From IMG/VR virus record IMGVR_UViG_3300033273_000350, positions 1 to 55,830 of that record: a stretch of 55,830 nt of DNA. The stretch is one strand, 5' to 3'. The notes beneath the pieces were generated by a model. That model made no database searches and was not told the origin of the DNA. It saw only the letters and a program-made list of their open reading frames with translations. Position numbers and translations under genes: made by a program. Below, piece by piece: positions 46,601 to 53,500 of this stretch (positions are counted from its first letter, which is position 1; the number at the start of each line of letters is the position of its first letter). This stretch comes from a virus. Lineage: Duplodnaviria > Caudoviricetes.

Positions 46601-48249
46601 TGGATGTCAATGCTTTCTAAAACACCAAACTCAACAGATGTTTTGTCTTTGTAACCATAAACTCTAGTTCCATTGACTAAAACACCAACATCTGTATTTG
46701 GAGTCTTGTAAACTTCAGTGCTTCTAGTTGCTTCTTTTCTGATCAACTTAAGAAGTTTTTGGTCTCTTACATTCGTAGGAAGATTAGTTGCACCATCTAA
46801 AATTGGATAAGATGGATAACCAGATGATGCAATATAAAAATACTGCTCATCTTCAAAGACTGCAGATACATCAGTTGATAAGTTTGCAAGACTTTGTTGA
46901 ATTGTTGGATGTCCTGGAGTTTGAACTACAGAACCAGTAAAAAGTTTCCATCTGACAGAATTATTAGATGGATTAATGACTTTGGCATTAGATGTGATAA
47001 AACCAGATACACCAATTTCTACGTTATCACCAGTAAAAGAGTTTGGTTGTCCTTCGGATACATTTAAGTTGTATACGAGACCAAAAGAAAGTAAGGATAC
47101 ACCCTCGCCAGAAAGTTCAATCGGTTCGTAAACTTCAGTTCCAACTGGATGAACAGAATTGTTCTGTCTGGTTAAAATTTTAAATTGAGTGATGTTCTTT
47201 TCTTGGAAAGTAAAAGTTTCACCGCCAATCAATAAAGATCCTGACTTACCCCATCCAAGTGTTGAGAAAACACCAATAAAATCACCAGCATCGTCAGATG
47301 CTTCGATTTGTTTAGTTAATTCTGTTTTTGATGTAATTTTAAATTCACCATTAATGGTTTCCTGTGCTAGAAAAATATTGTAAATTGCTTCACCATCAAC
47401 AGTGCTATCAAACTTTACGTTATCTACAGTTGCAGAAGCAAATGGAATGTTGCCACTTGCTGGTTGTGTAATTACTTTTCCAATTAGATCATCAGGATTG
47501 CCACTCAATACTTTTACTTTGAGTGCATAACCCTTGATCCAGTCAGACTCAGAAGACTTATATGTAAAGTCTTTTGGATTGTATAGTGTTGGTGTGTTCT
47601 CTTCTCCACCAGCAACTAGAGTGTTAAAAATGAATCTTACAGAGGCATCTGTACCCTTTGCCTTGTAAAATTTACGAATATTCTTGATAAGTGTTCTCTT
47701 ATCAACCTCTCCCTTCAAAAATTTTTCGGGGAATGCTCCAAGGTACTGTGACTCAAAGCTCTTGACTAGAGCATAGAGGAAAAGATTACTGACATTGTGT
47801 ACTTGAGATCCACCACTATGAAATGCTGCTTCTGTTGTAGTGAAAATGCTTGCAGCATACAGATCGCCAAGTTTTGTGTTTCCACTGACTCCACGGGAAA
47901 CTTCTAAAAATTGAGTATCTGTTCTTTCCTTGTAAAAACAAATTTCATCTCCAATACGAATATATCCGTTCTTCTCTGGAAATGAAGTTGCATCAGCAAC
48001 AGTAATTGTTGTGTCTGATACTGCAACATCAGACGCTAGCGTAGAATTCTGCTTGAGAATATTTTTCTCATAATAATCGATGTCAGCATAAGTCTGTAAG
48101 TTACTAAGAACATCTAGAGGTTGTCCCTGCAACTCTTGCTGCTCATAGTATTTTGATACGAACTTACTAAAAAGCTCGTACTCAGAAGAGATAAACTCTG
48201 GGAGTTGAGACTCGATCAGAGTTGAAATTGACTTCTTCGTTACAGACAT
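37606..48249 (-). CDS. gp7: Baseplate wedge initiator, gp7-like giant protein (3547 aa)
   Basis: Lies between gp6 and gp8. LIESQLPEF, LIKNIRKFYKAKGT, DSFFYQDYSYVIKS...THPAGMKLFG; YHYH-like domain; helical domains with FGGN. Confidence 0.8.
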   Translation of the reverse strand: MSVTKKSISTLIESQLPEFISSEYELFSKFVSKYYEQQELQGQPLDVLSNLQTYADIDYYEKNILKQNSTLASDVAVSDTTITVADATSFPEKNGYIRIGDEICFYKERTDTQFLEVSRGVSGNTKLGDLYAASIFTTTEAAFHSGGSQVHNVSNLFLYALVKSFESQYLGAFPEKFLKGEVDKRTLIKNIRKFYKAKGTDASVRFIFNTLVAGGEENTPTLYNPKDFTYKSSESDWIKGYALKVKVLSGNPDDLIGKVITQPASGNIPFASATVDNVKFDSTVDGEAIYNIFLAQETINGEFKITSKTELTKQIEASDDAGDFIGVFSTLGWGKSGSLLIGGETFTFQEKNITQFKILTRQNNSVHPVGTEVYEPIELSGEGVSLLSFGLVYNLNVSEGQPNSFTGDNVEIGVSGFITSNAKVINPSNNSVRWKLFTGSVVQTPGHPTIQQSLANLSTDVSAVFEDEQYFYIASSGYPSYPILDGATNLPTNVRDQKLLKLIRKEATRSTEVYKTPNTDVGVLVNGTRVYGYKDKTSVEFGVLESIDIQSQGSKYTLPPFVLVDGVPGKAIAKLSGEFVESVELVGKSLYPSKPTVEILSGRNAVVRAIVTLGAVTSLVIDNAGEYYSAPPVIVIRDRLGRGRFAEYNAIVEGGKIVGFETVNEGEFYSQDNIEVIVSPVGEGATATASLKIWVKNRYTLLENKLDDENGYLFENYNEALENGYGHVANPKTLRVGLNDNLSSTFTEPATKVHSPILGFAYDGNPIYGPFAHENPLDQQSPIVRMTSSYVAKNSRQEGPSTATYPLGTFIDDFEYRHRNGSLDQNNGRFCVTPDFPQGTYAYFLTIDSSQNPVYPYIIGENYYSLPVDSNYNSNLSQDDLPLDARRLSLPGIPTNGGNVIAKIKDVTSGSIDSIEISSSSSNFSVGSELFFDNSGTNGFGAEASVSSVKGKTVNFLESQQTKATRLEIVRPAFLFAGDRLTQPATGSYGEIVGDVLNDNTVVLRDVNGVFDTSNTFSASIKVLSLLLDKPSSYAAGSILKLTDGAIAKVAFGEVLETTSESNLVIVKVLTQNIDFDGNPSTPFDIPTGTAPYYFETEDNLADHFLQSNSLSDTSGSKIVSINSLSDGLEPFDVNQNVALIETAQNHGVGLDDIVNVSINPDDSTTTQTYFVRKRIYQNLKLSQPSIKTAVNYSGVGRLLNLNVGWDYTTGSYTNVPLTGGSGSGAKANIVVGSDGYVTDVQISDGGTGYKREDVLSVDDASLSRSVASTSTQRVKLVVDHVGVSRESTKIVLDDASKFVQNDLFKLDEEIIKIVSISSNTVTVERAQNNTTAVDHYDNATVSLYNGRYNFNANFTINGCESVTYDADTQMLFVVYPSTTNLSGLQPITDLFSFFDNSTPQRFVDIVEASDAVNKFEFRKNGTTDYVTNPIIEVQEYYKYKFDTSDSSLSGTYLDFSPSKNFNLIPVERVESFVLPGAAGAFIDVKFGFGVRNAANQYNTKTSTDFSNYYYFDKNGICESEGSYLKVINDPLVGRKVVNYVTPTRFCYSLDKLPQWDGSGSITYTTSSAFAVGEIASVSITNIGDNYQKTPIVTGVLPAPDNIATATVLYDDYTKTIVGVRVDTKGANYSNPKVVITDGDGRDATFNVISRNGEILDIRVKNRGKGYTAAPSIAIVESDAFIYTRGAKIGVPKNVSIVRNGGSFHKDKTLYSDYSSPYTFILNNYPDNAFKQGEVVIQRINNVEVARGYVAIGGWREGSNLLKVERVQGKFRENFTIQSLKTGNSGLITGTFVTLFNPDITSTYDNQGYYTSDKGRIGNSNQRITDSFFYQDYSYVIKSRTSINVWRDLIKSTTHPAGMKLFGEVIVDPKASAEMPVTSPKASHFTVLELGANASIVSQNTRRVITQSIQRVEDYRSREGTGSVSVQEFNFTDLLASEVKLSANFDGEFNSNGQLVGTKTFQLVDPSNNPVVPYNDQALVITLDGVIQEPGVAFTVSGSSITFAAPPLGQKTVEGQLVPQQKFLGKVFGFRSNAENAKVLKKVKNIYQRNGRWLDAANQIRLNTDFIVLETVGWFETTNSTIINNNTIPWNILEQRFKDDVRLILQAVEHDIRFGGNAKSVDYAANYSDTYSGYETYIKSAFDYAIRLAKFATLNWDWTTKNASFTAGSNLLRVPDTSRVPVGAKISAGKAIPWANNVTVEEIISSTEIRMSATALFDSGVPPTNTAGPGITLYSGTQTGNVTSPTAIAGVQPPNSYGIGPGLTFTVPPLFTVLDQVTFIMSGINNGTFYDASNIINANRPYITDYAVNWAKATYPAINWTSKETKCRRDIGFLLDAVIKHLRFGGNADLVEFAELYFLGSQLQYVNNQLTETLATFRKVIVELCVQAMRQTLSGSNPYTNITPVIDNNIITDALSPTCAEVESTLNTFYDIIETIFNTGPSVIQPTSLNQNKAGRFTALTPITNYNIIPDTLLPFQECEDVISAVASLQANISNAIDKQSVTRTTPDYIDGETKIFDLYWEDGSDVLLDGPEDNLFVALNGVLQRPQFALDDPAFDAYFIDRTKTPNQIVFDSPPIWDQDFSALTIGEATAVEKFFAYNVGSYRRFTTDKSLISVADSSFAGPFLIVSIEDGKVLNVDDEDFLVVLVNGVIQEYGSAFTVSGPAITFKYPLRKEDVVDIRLLYGKEYEKTVTFYDHEPGSYLLEKTIRVDDSNRSVYYEFNNWWNAKKPVPTDWSNVYIYQQRSNGSQNPIGKLINYWWNGGYFYVSTRSNNNILESELLSFGVLQSPNGPVFTINPLSNAFALTTENVGSDGITELSRESQTWYKNDVAFTKDALQKKGFFKIAPGDKVKIDGEKTFRTIKKVADSIYAKEYRTNKDVTSDHYGDYTVTPYNDITRGEGLSVVANMRGSANLISRADRGENYSDENGITCTGGTGSGLTVNITVNNGEVDTITVVNKGSDYTIGDEITIPQTGSNGEATFRISSLIDAYVHTLTWNKKVQRADGTFSEPTAYQYYTAPLLEFRPKSGSGGGAKAQVIVSNGHVVSVELLDGGSGYAEAPKVVVTRQYKIVRDNDVEVNVIKVGINKVIKQSLTISSTIDSISLPPPGLALVSTIVLDSVQDIQDNVVENIWPEAEDVEMPVGAEQPGAQGVYRSIDRVETIDVGEQKRVVKELTSLLFTSAVNVLTSSTLTTNKEITTSVVREIDNTRIENVVYNAPAATLQIPLSIGDTIVYIPDTSKFDSSGKLLVGNEVIYYPRKYDDRFLFCKRGVDGTTEQNWSAGTFIRQIEDYVSVVPGGVNVISSSSSTAGPTAQPGAEIFRQTSASGSALEPLAVVTLPDTTKTELLIFTPDSGLVDYFVEDVFWTNPVVTRNNGNVTLVSKTVTQRSGNIINVKNQNFGVLTYTGRYKVGNLGHNIGRFNASLDDGAANVSGMTLAEFDRYFADVTLKDFTDRAESNFTRSGVYWNMANTSFQNPVGIVQSTGAVVPTVFVQDTTYFPSSGYLFTSAGSVIQYTGKTATSFTGCTVIRGASVVTNGDEIVPHVIS

Positions 48250-48254
48250 CTAAA

Positions 48255-50057
48255 TTACTCTGCTACAGCAACAAAACTACTTTTTGCTACATCAACATCT
48301 AAGTAAACCTCTCTCTTAGCAATAATATCATTTTCGAGAGGTTTTACTCTTAGTTCAATGCGGTTATCACCAAATGTACCCTTAATAATAGTTACATCGT
48401 ATAATTTAATCTCGCCTTTTGCATAATAAATATCACCGATGTTATCGTCCAAAAGGATCTTGTCACCAGTGATGCTATCTAGTGTATATAGGATGATTTT
48501 ACCTGCCCTATCTTCAAGATAGACAGTCAATTCTGGATATTCTGTAACAATGAAACCGCTTGATGACACTACAGGGTCGTCATCATCTAGGAATGCATTT
48601 TGATAACAAATTTCGTAGTATGAGGTAGAGTTAATTTGAGCATAAAAATCCTTTCTCATCGTAACAGAAGTTAAGTTAGAATTGATCGCTCTTTCTGCGT
48701 TGTCAATTACTGCAACTGCTTTACTGTATCTAAATTTACCATTAAACTTCTCAGTGTCAGAAGTAAGGACATAATCTTGGAATTCCTTGATTGCAAGGTC
48801 TCTAATCTGAGTTGCTCCTAGTTCAGTTTTAGACTGTGAGTAAAAAATTCTACTATTTACTTCGACATAGAGAATAGAAGGATCGATCAATTCAGGAGTA
48901 ATTGCTGCAACTCTGTATTCCTTCAATTTTTGTTTAATATCATTTTTAGTAACTGATGTTAGACGTGCCGCATCAGTTGGTTTTACAGAAATGAATACTT
49001 TGCCATATGCTGGTGGGTCTTGCTCCTCTCCGCCAAATACGATAATGTCACTTACTGCTGGATACAGGTTCCTAACGATTGATCCATAGTCCTGAGCAGT
49101 CACTGCACGGTCCTGTGCGGCGAACATCTTTGGTGCTTGGAACTTTACCTTATCGACGGACTCAATGTCTGCTCCACCCGCAGCAACGACGGTTGCAGAA
49201 GATGTAACTGCCGTCGTGAAGTTGACAGGAACATTTCCAGATTGGTTCTCAAGATTACCAGAGAATGTAAATGTCTTTGCTCCATTTGCATCTGGACCAG
49301 ATGTAACGAGATAAGAAATTTCAATCTTATTTCCATTCTCTAGATTCTTACCCATTACACCATCACCAAAGATAATTTCGTATCTCTCTTCTGAAATTTC
49401 TTCTAAGAAATAGATTTCAGAGGTTGGTTTTGCCTCAAGGATATTTTCTGAAAGGGTATACTCTTGATTTAATGTAGAATTTGTCGAAGGATAAACCCTT
49501 ACTTGAATTGTTGAGGTGTCTACACCAGGGTTATCGATAATAAATTTTTGACTTTTGAGAGCACTGTTGAAAGTATATGTATTCGTAACAATGCTTCCCT
49601 CTTTAATTGGAATATTCGTGAACGTAGCAACACCATTTACTACCTGTGCTTTGGTGTCTCTAGTCGTAACAAATTGATAAAGGGTATTGTCCCAGGAACT
49701 TAAAAATCCAGATCCTGCTTTTAGTGATACTTCTGTGTCTGTCGTAGGGTTGTTATAAGACACTGAGAAGGTCACATATGCCGTTGAGGCAGTCTTTGAC
49801 TTAGGACGATACCCTAACTGCTTGGCAAGTGATACAACGTTGTCTCTGAGCGATGCTGAGTCGATGAACAACTCATTGACAACCATGTTGGCATTGAATG
49901 CCGTGTAGTAAGTATTGTATGCCAATACATCAAGAAGGTTTGCTAAAGCAGAGCCTTCAAAATCATAATCGGTAAAATCCGAATTTGCCCTAAGATAATC
50001 TTTTAGAGCAGTCTTGATCTGTGCAAAATCTAGATTTGCTACCTGAGTGTATGGCAT
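48255..50057 (-). CDS. gp6: Baseplate wedge subunit
   Basis: LDFAQIK...FTDYDFEGS...LLDVLAYNTYY, FGDGVMGK, AQDRAVTAQDY, YGKVFISVKP. Confidence 0.93.
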   Translation of the reverse strand: MPYTQVANLDFAQIKTALKDYLRANSDFTDYDFEGSALANLLDVLAYNTYYTAFNANMVVNELFIDSASLRDNVVSLAKQLGYRPKSKTASTAYVTFSVSYNNPTTDTEVSLKAGSGFLSSWDNTLYQFVTTRDTKAQVVNGVATFTNIPIKEGSIVTNTYTFNSALKSQKFIIDNPGVDTSTIQVRVYPSTNSTLNQEYTLSENILEAKPTSEIYFLEEISEERYEIIFGDGVMGKNLENGNKIEISYLVTSGPDANGAKTFTFSGNLENQSGNVPVNFTTAVTSSATVVAAGGADIESVDKVKFQAPKMFAAQDRAVTAQDYGSIVRNLYPAVSDIIVFGGEEQDPPAYGKVFISVKPTDAARLTSVTKNDIKQKLKEYRVAAITPELIDPSILYVEVNSRIFYSQSKTELGATQIRDLAIKEFQDYVLTSDTEKFNGKFRYSKAVAVIDNAERAINSNLTSVTMRKDFYAQINSTSYYEICYQNAFLDDDDPVVSSSGFIVTEYPELTVYLEDRAGKIILYTLDSITGDKILLDDNIGDIYYAKGEIKLYDVTIIKGTFGDNRIELRVKPLENDIIAKREVYLDVDVAKSSFVAVAE

Positions 50058-50450
50058 TTATCGTGTGCTCTCTAGGAAAAAGTCAACATTTACTGGTTGA
50101 TCATCTCTTCCAACAATAATATACGAGATTTCTACTTGATATCCATTATTTTCAACATCAGGTTCAACCAAGACACTATCAACACTGATTCTTGGTTCAT
50201 AATTTCCAAGAGTTTCAAAAATTGCCTGTTTGATTAAAGCACCAGAAACATAATCTAATGGTTCAAACAGTGTCCTGTAAATATTTGAACCAAGATCAGG
50301 TTGAAACGGTCTTTCTCCTCTTTGAGTCAGAAGAAGGTTACGGATTGACTGAACGATGGCTGCCTTATCCTTAACGACAACAAGGTCGTCAGTGACAGGA
50401 TGTTTTTTGAAAGTGACGCTCAAATCCTTGAACGTCTGAAACTCAGCCAT
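50058..50450 (-). CDS. gp25: Baseplate wedge subunit
   Basis: FKDLSVTFKKHPVTDD, SIRNLLLTQRGERPFQPDLGS, YEPRI; ATAAATA at 50473-50479. Confidence 0.93.
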   Translation of the reverse strand: MAEFQTFKDLSVTFKKHPVTDDLVVVKDKAAIVQSIRNLLLTQRGERPFQPDLGSNIYRTLFEPLDYVSGALIKQAIFETLGNYEPRISVDSVLVEPDVENNGYQVEISYIIVGRDDQPVNVDFFLESTR

Positions 50451-50479
50451 TGGAGAGATAATTAGCTGTTATTATTTAT

Positions 50480-50695
50480 TCAGTCGCTCCAACGCTCTAC
50501 GAAGTCATCAAATCCACCTGCCCCCCCACAATGACGCTCAAGGCGATCTTCAGGCATTGGGTATAGTTCTTCCTTCATCTTTGCCCTACGGCGCTTTGCA
50601 GCGGCGTCTAGGTATCTGTCACTGTCTGTTTCTGTAATCAGTGTCATACCTTCTTCAATAAATTCTTCACTTTTGTCTACTGGAAAGAGTCCCAT
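50480..50695 (-). CDS. Hypothetical protein (71 aa)
   Basis: ATG preceded by GGAGG; same orientation as the late module. Confidence 0.7.
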   Translation of the reverse strand: MGLFPVDKSEEFIEEGMTLITETDSDRYLDAAAKRRRAKMKEELYPMPEDRLERHCGGAGGFDDFVERWSD

Positions 50696-50696
50696 T

Positions 50697-50740
50697 AAAA
50701 AACCTCCCTAAAGTCTGTTTCCAGAACTTTTAGAGAGGTT
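50697..50740 (-). terminator. Long hairpin with U-tract overlapping the SD of the 50695 gene
   Basis: Minus strand AACCTCTCTAAAAGTTCTG-GAAA-CAGACTTTAGGGAGGTT-TTTT-A-ATG. Confidence 0.65.
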
Positions 50741-50757
50741 GCTATCTCTAAGAATAT

Positions 50758-50904
50758 TTATCGACCTTGACCGCGATACTTCTTCTTTGCTTTGTTACGA
50801 CTGGTGGCAGCATACATAGTGTTCTTAGAACTGCCCTGACGAGTCTTCTTGGGGTTCGACTCAATAATCTTCTTGCCGCTCAGTCCGACTTTTGCTCGTG
50901 CCAT
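50758..50904 (-). CDS. Small very basic protein (48 aa, MARAKVGLSGKKIIESNPKKTRQGSSKNTMYAATSRNKAKKKYRGQGR)
   Basis: Manual translation; below the ORF-track cutoff. Extended -10 TGATATAAT upstream at 50929-50937. Confidence 0.8.
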   Translation of the reverse strand: MARAKVGLSGKKIIESNPKKTRQGSSKNTMYAATSRNKAKKKYRGQGR

Positions 50905-50940
50905 AGTTTAAAATTGATTGACTTGAATATTATATCACAT

Positions 50941-51354
50941 TTATGGTGCTGGTGGGGGTGGTTGTGTGACTTCCCCACTTTCGCTAACTGTTGCAGCAAC
51001 TAATGGAGCACCACCCATGAATACCGTATGACTAAACTGTCCTAATACAGGAGCACCAAAGTTTGTTACAGATCCTGTCGTTGCTGCTGCACCACCATTG
51101 ATTCTAACCGTAGGGTGACCAGTAATTAAAACGTCTGGATGTGGTGGTGGAGGAGGAAAAATTGGTATGGTATGGGGAACGCACATATTGCCCGTAGAAT
51201 GCGCTGGAAGACCATTGATAAACACGTTAGATGAATACCCACCTGTAGGAGGGTGAACGGGACTAGGAGGCGTAGGAACGGGGATAGGGACAGGGTGAAT
51301 GTCATGGTTGCCATACGTCAACCCAGCAAATCTAGCAATCGGTAGTGCTGCCAT
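50941..51354 (-). CDS. PAAR-like baseplate spike tip protein (gp5.4-like)
   Basis: SSNVFINGLPAHSTG, GHPTVRINGGAAATTG, HTVFMG; His residues suited to Zn binding. Confidence 0.8.
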   Translation of the reverse strand: MAALPIARFAGLTYGNHDIHPVPIPVPTPPSPVHPPTGGYSSNVFINGLPAHSTGNMCVPHTIPIFPPPPPHPDVLITGHPTVRINGGAAATTGSVTNFGAPVLGQFSHTVFMGGAPLVAATVSESGEVTQPPPPAP

Positions 51355-52514
51355 TACTCTACACTAGTGTTCACGTTATTTATTCCTGCCTGCTCATACA
51401 GGAACTGGATTCTCTCGTTTGGAATCTCAGCATTATACCTCACAGGCAAATAGAAATACCAAATATTATTAAGTACATTACTCGCAAACGTCTGGATTGC
51501 CGCCGCTGCTAAACTATCACGTACTAGTTCATCAGGTCCCGTAATAAAATCTGGTGCTACAATCGTGGTACATGCAACTTTGATCGTATACACGATTGCG
51601 TCCATTTCAGAAGTCTTCACCTCTGCAATCATTCCAGCACGAGAGTTACCAGATTCTTCAATCTTTGTTCTGTTCTCCCAATATGCATTACCAAATGTAC
51701 TTGCAATGGTTGGGTCATCATCATAGAGTGCGCTATTAAGATACGATGAGTTTTCAACAAAAGGTTCGTATAAAGTTGCATTGTCATCATACATCGGGAT
51801 CGCGCCCTCGGTGATTTCGGCGTCACGGTACACCCAAATCCCATCAGGTCTTACTTGCAATACCTCGGTGTACTCGTATCCTAACGCATCAGCACCTCCT
51901 GCACCATACTGAGGTTGTCCGTAATTAGTACCGTTAACAATCGTCAACTCCTGATCATAAAACCCCCACTCGGAGCAGTACCCTGAAATTTCAGAAATAC
52001 CTAAAAATCCATTCGTGATGATCGGGGGAATGTAGTTGAGGTTCTGGGCGATCTCTACAGCAGGATCCAAACTACCGTTGAAAGATGGTAATAGATTCAA
52101 CTGCCCCCATGCCTTCTCAATAATATCCCCTCCATACTGTTTGGGTTCATAATTTACTAAGTCGTTCACAGTTTGCTCATCCATGCCTTCGTAATCTGCT
52201 AATTCACGAGGCCACAGGTCAATCCGCTCAATCGTTACATTCATCGTGACAATCCGTTCATCGCTATTGATCGGAACCATCCAAATCTGCGTTGGTTGGA
52301 TCTGTTCATATGTTAACCACGGAGGGGTCTGTGAGATTAACCCTAACTGGAATCCATCGATAATCGCTTGATTGTCCTTTGGATAAAATCGACCAGCATA
52401 AAATGGTACACCGTTCTGACTCTGTAACGTCTGAAGTTTACTGAAGTCCGCTAATTCAATCGGACCAATACCCCCCATCGATGGCGCTAAGAAGTTAATG
52501 AACGGTACTGCCAT
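51354..52514 (-). CDS. Hypothetical acidic protein (386 aa), probably structural
   Basis: Long ORF translationally coupled to both neighbours (TAATG overlaps). Confidence 0.75.
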   Translation of the reverse strand: MAVPFINFLAPSMGGIGPIELADFSKLQTLQSQNGVPFYAGRFYPKDNQAIIDGFQLGLISQTPPWLTYEQIQPTQIWMVPINSDERIVTMNVTIERIDLWPRELADYEGMDEQTVNDLVNYEPKQYGGDIIEKAWGQLNLLPSFNGSLDPAVEIAQNLNYIPPIITNGFLGISEISGYCSEWGFYDQELTIVNGTNYGQPQYGAGGADALGYEYTEVLQVRPDGIWVYRDAEITEGAIPMYDDNATLYEPFVENSSYLNSALYDDDPTIASTFGNAYWENRTKIEESGNSRAGMIAEVKTSEMDAIVYTIKVACTTIVAPDFITGPDELVRDSLAAAAIQTFASNVLNNIWYFYLPVRYNAEIPNERIQFLYEQAGINNVNTSVE

Positions 52515-52750
52515 TATCGCGTCGATGCAAATTTATACAAGTCTTTCTTAAGACCTTCTACATTGTTGTGTAGATAATCTAAAGTATCACTGATCTTCTC
52601 GTACTCCGTCGCTGTCGGACGCTTGTACATCAATTGTGGATTCTCTAACTGGGAGACCCTCTGTTCCAAGTTCACTAACCTCTGTGACAGCACGAGGAGT
52701 AGCTCCTCTGTGCTTATCGGCGTATCGGGAGAGGATTGGGGATTCTTCAT
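52514..52750 (-). CDS. Hypothetical coiled-coil protein
   Basis: LSQRLVNLEQRVSQLE...YKRP...DTLDYLHNNVEGLK; stop overlaps the next ATG. Start uncertain (52750 or 52795). Confidence 0.65.
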   Translation of the reverse strand: MKNPQSSPDTPISTEELLLVLSQRLVNLEQRVSQLENPQLMYKRPTATEYEKISDTLDYLHNNVEGLKKDLYKFASTR

Positions 52751-52856
52751 TTCCTCTGAGGAATCGCTCTGCTGCTTGTTGTTCAAATCCATCACAAAAT
52801 GCGTCGAAGTTATCTAAGATCTGTTGATACATGTTTAGGTCGGGTTTTTCAGTCAT
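52587..52856 (-). CDS. Hypothetical protein, first ORF of the late module
   Basis: First ATG after ATAAATA (52914-52920); overlaps the next ORF in another frame. Confidence 0.5.
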   Translation of the reverse strand: MTEKPDLNMYQQILDNFDAFCDGFEQQAAERFLRGNEESPILSRYADKHRGATPRAVTEVSELGTEGLPVRESTIDVQASDSDGVREDQ

Positions 52857-52983
52857 TTTTTTGCTGGGAAATTTTTTTCGATTTCAAGGTTTTGAAAAAC
52901 CGATTTTCAAAATTATTTATCGGTCGTCTGGATACTTTTGTAGGTTAGGAAGGACCCACGTTTTTCGCTTGGCGACCACTTAT

Positions 52984-53024
52984 AAAATCGGCACACCCCC
53001 AAACACTGTCGGGGGTGGGTGCCG
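52984..53024 (-). terminator. GC-rich hairpin ending the early gene cluster
   Basis: Plus strand CGGCAC-ACCCCC...GGGGGT-GG-GTGCCG; followed on the minus strand by ATTTTAT, just after the HicA-like stop. Confidence 0.65.
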
Positions 53025-53032
53025 TGGGGGTG

Positions 53033-53203
53033 CTATGCTGCTGTGAGTTGCTTAGCGATGTTGCGGGCGACGAAGGGGCGGCATCGGTAGGGGATGGTGA
53101 CCTGCTCGCTGTCGCCTCGTCTCCAAATCTCATGCTTGCCGCCGTTGCGGTGCTTAATCCATCCCTGATGCTTGGCGAGTTTCCTGAGTTGCTTGTCGGT
53201 CAT
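53033..53203 (-). CDS. HicA-like mRNA interferase-fold protein (56 aa)
   Basis: Manual translation MTDKQLRKLAKHQGWIKHRNGGKHEIWRRGDSEQVTIPYRCRPFVARNIAKQLTAA matches the HicA pattern helix-GW-xxx-R-x-G-x-x-H-E-I-W...V-x-I-P...helix. ATGA-coupled to the upstream ORF. Confidence 0.72.
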   Translation of the reverse strand: MTDKQLRKLAKHQGWIKHRNGGKHEIWRRGDSEQVTIPYRCRPFVARNIAKQLTAA

Positions 53204-53433
53204 GCTTTGCGGGTTGCTTGCTTAGTGGATCGCTTGCCCTGTAGTCTCTGCCCTTGTGCGCCTCGTGCTGCCCTGCTGCTATCCCTCACGCTTTTATAGG
53301 ATGGGAGAGCGAAGGACTTACCAGCGGCAACTCGGGTCATGACCAGATCGCGGCGGCGTGGTTTGGCAGGTGCTAGGCGGGTCACCGTGTAGGTGCCGTC
53401 AGCGATGCCCTGCTCTAAGGTCTTCAGATCCAT
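53200..53433 (-). CDS. Basic hypothetical early protein (77 aa)
   Basis: ORF track; Arg/Lys-rich; coupled to the HicA-like gene. Confidence 0.65.
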   Translation of the reverse strand: MDLKTLEQGIADGTYTVTRLAPAKPRRRDLVMTRVAAGKSFALPSYKSVRDSSRAARGAQGQRLQGKRSTKQATRKA

Positions 53434-53500
53434 GGGTTGTGGGTTGATGTGGTTAGTCTACATGGGAGGGGGTGCTATGCTGCCCCCCTGTTGCATTAGT

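Noticed and set aside
27157-48249. Inteins, introns or homing endonucleases explaining the very large ORFs
   Set aside because: No LAGLIDADG, HNH, GIY-YIG or intein splice motifs recognised; the size is explained by inserted structural domains.
10829-50057. Many 60-220 aa plus-strand and alternate-frame ORFs inside the structural genes
   Set aside because: Shadow ORFs arising from the codon bias of the real minus-strand genes; no motifs or independent expression signals.
52921-53030. tRNA or other known structured RNA gene in the GC-rich gap
   Set aside because: No cloverleaf or T-loop signature; the main hairpin is explained as a terminator.
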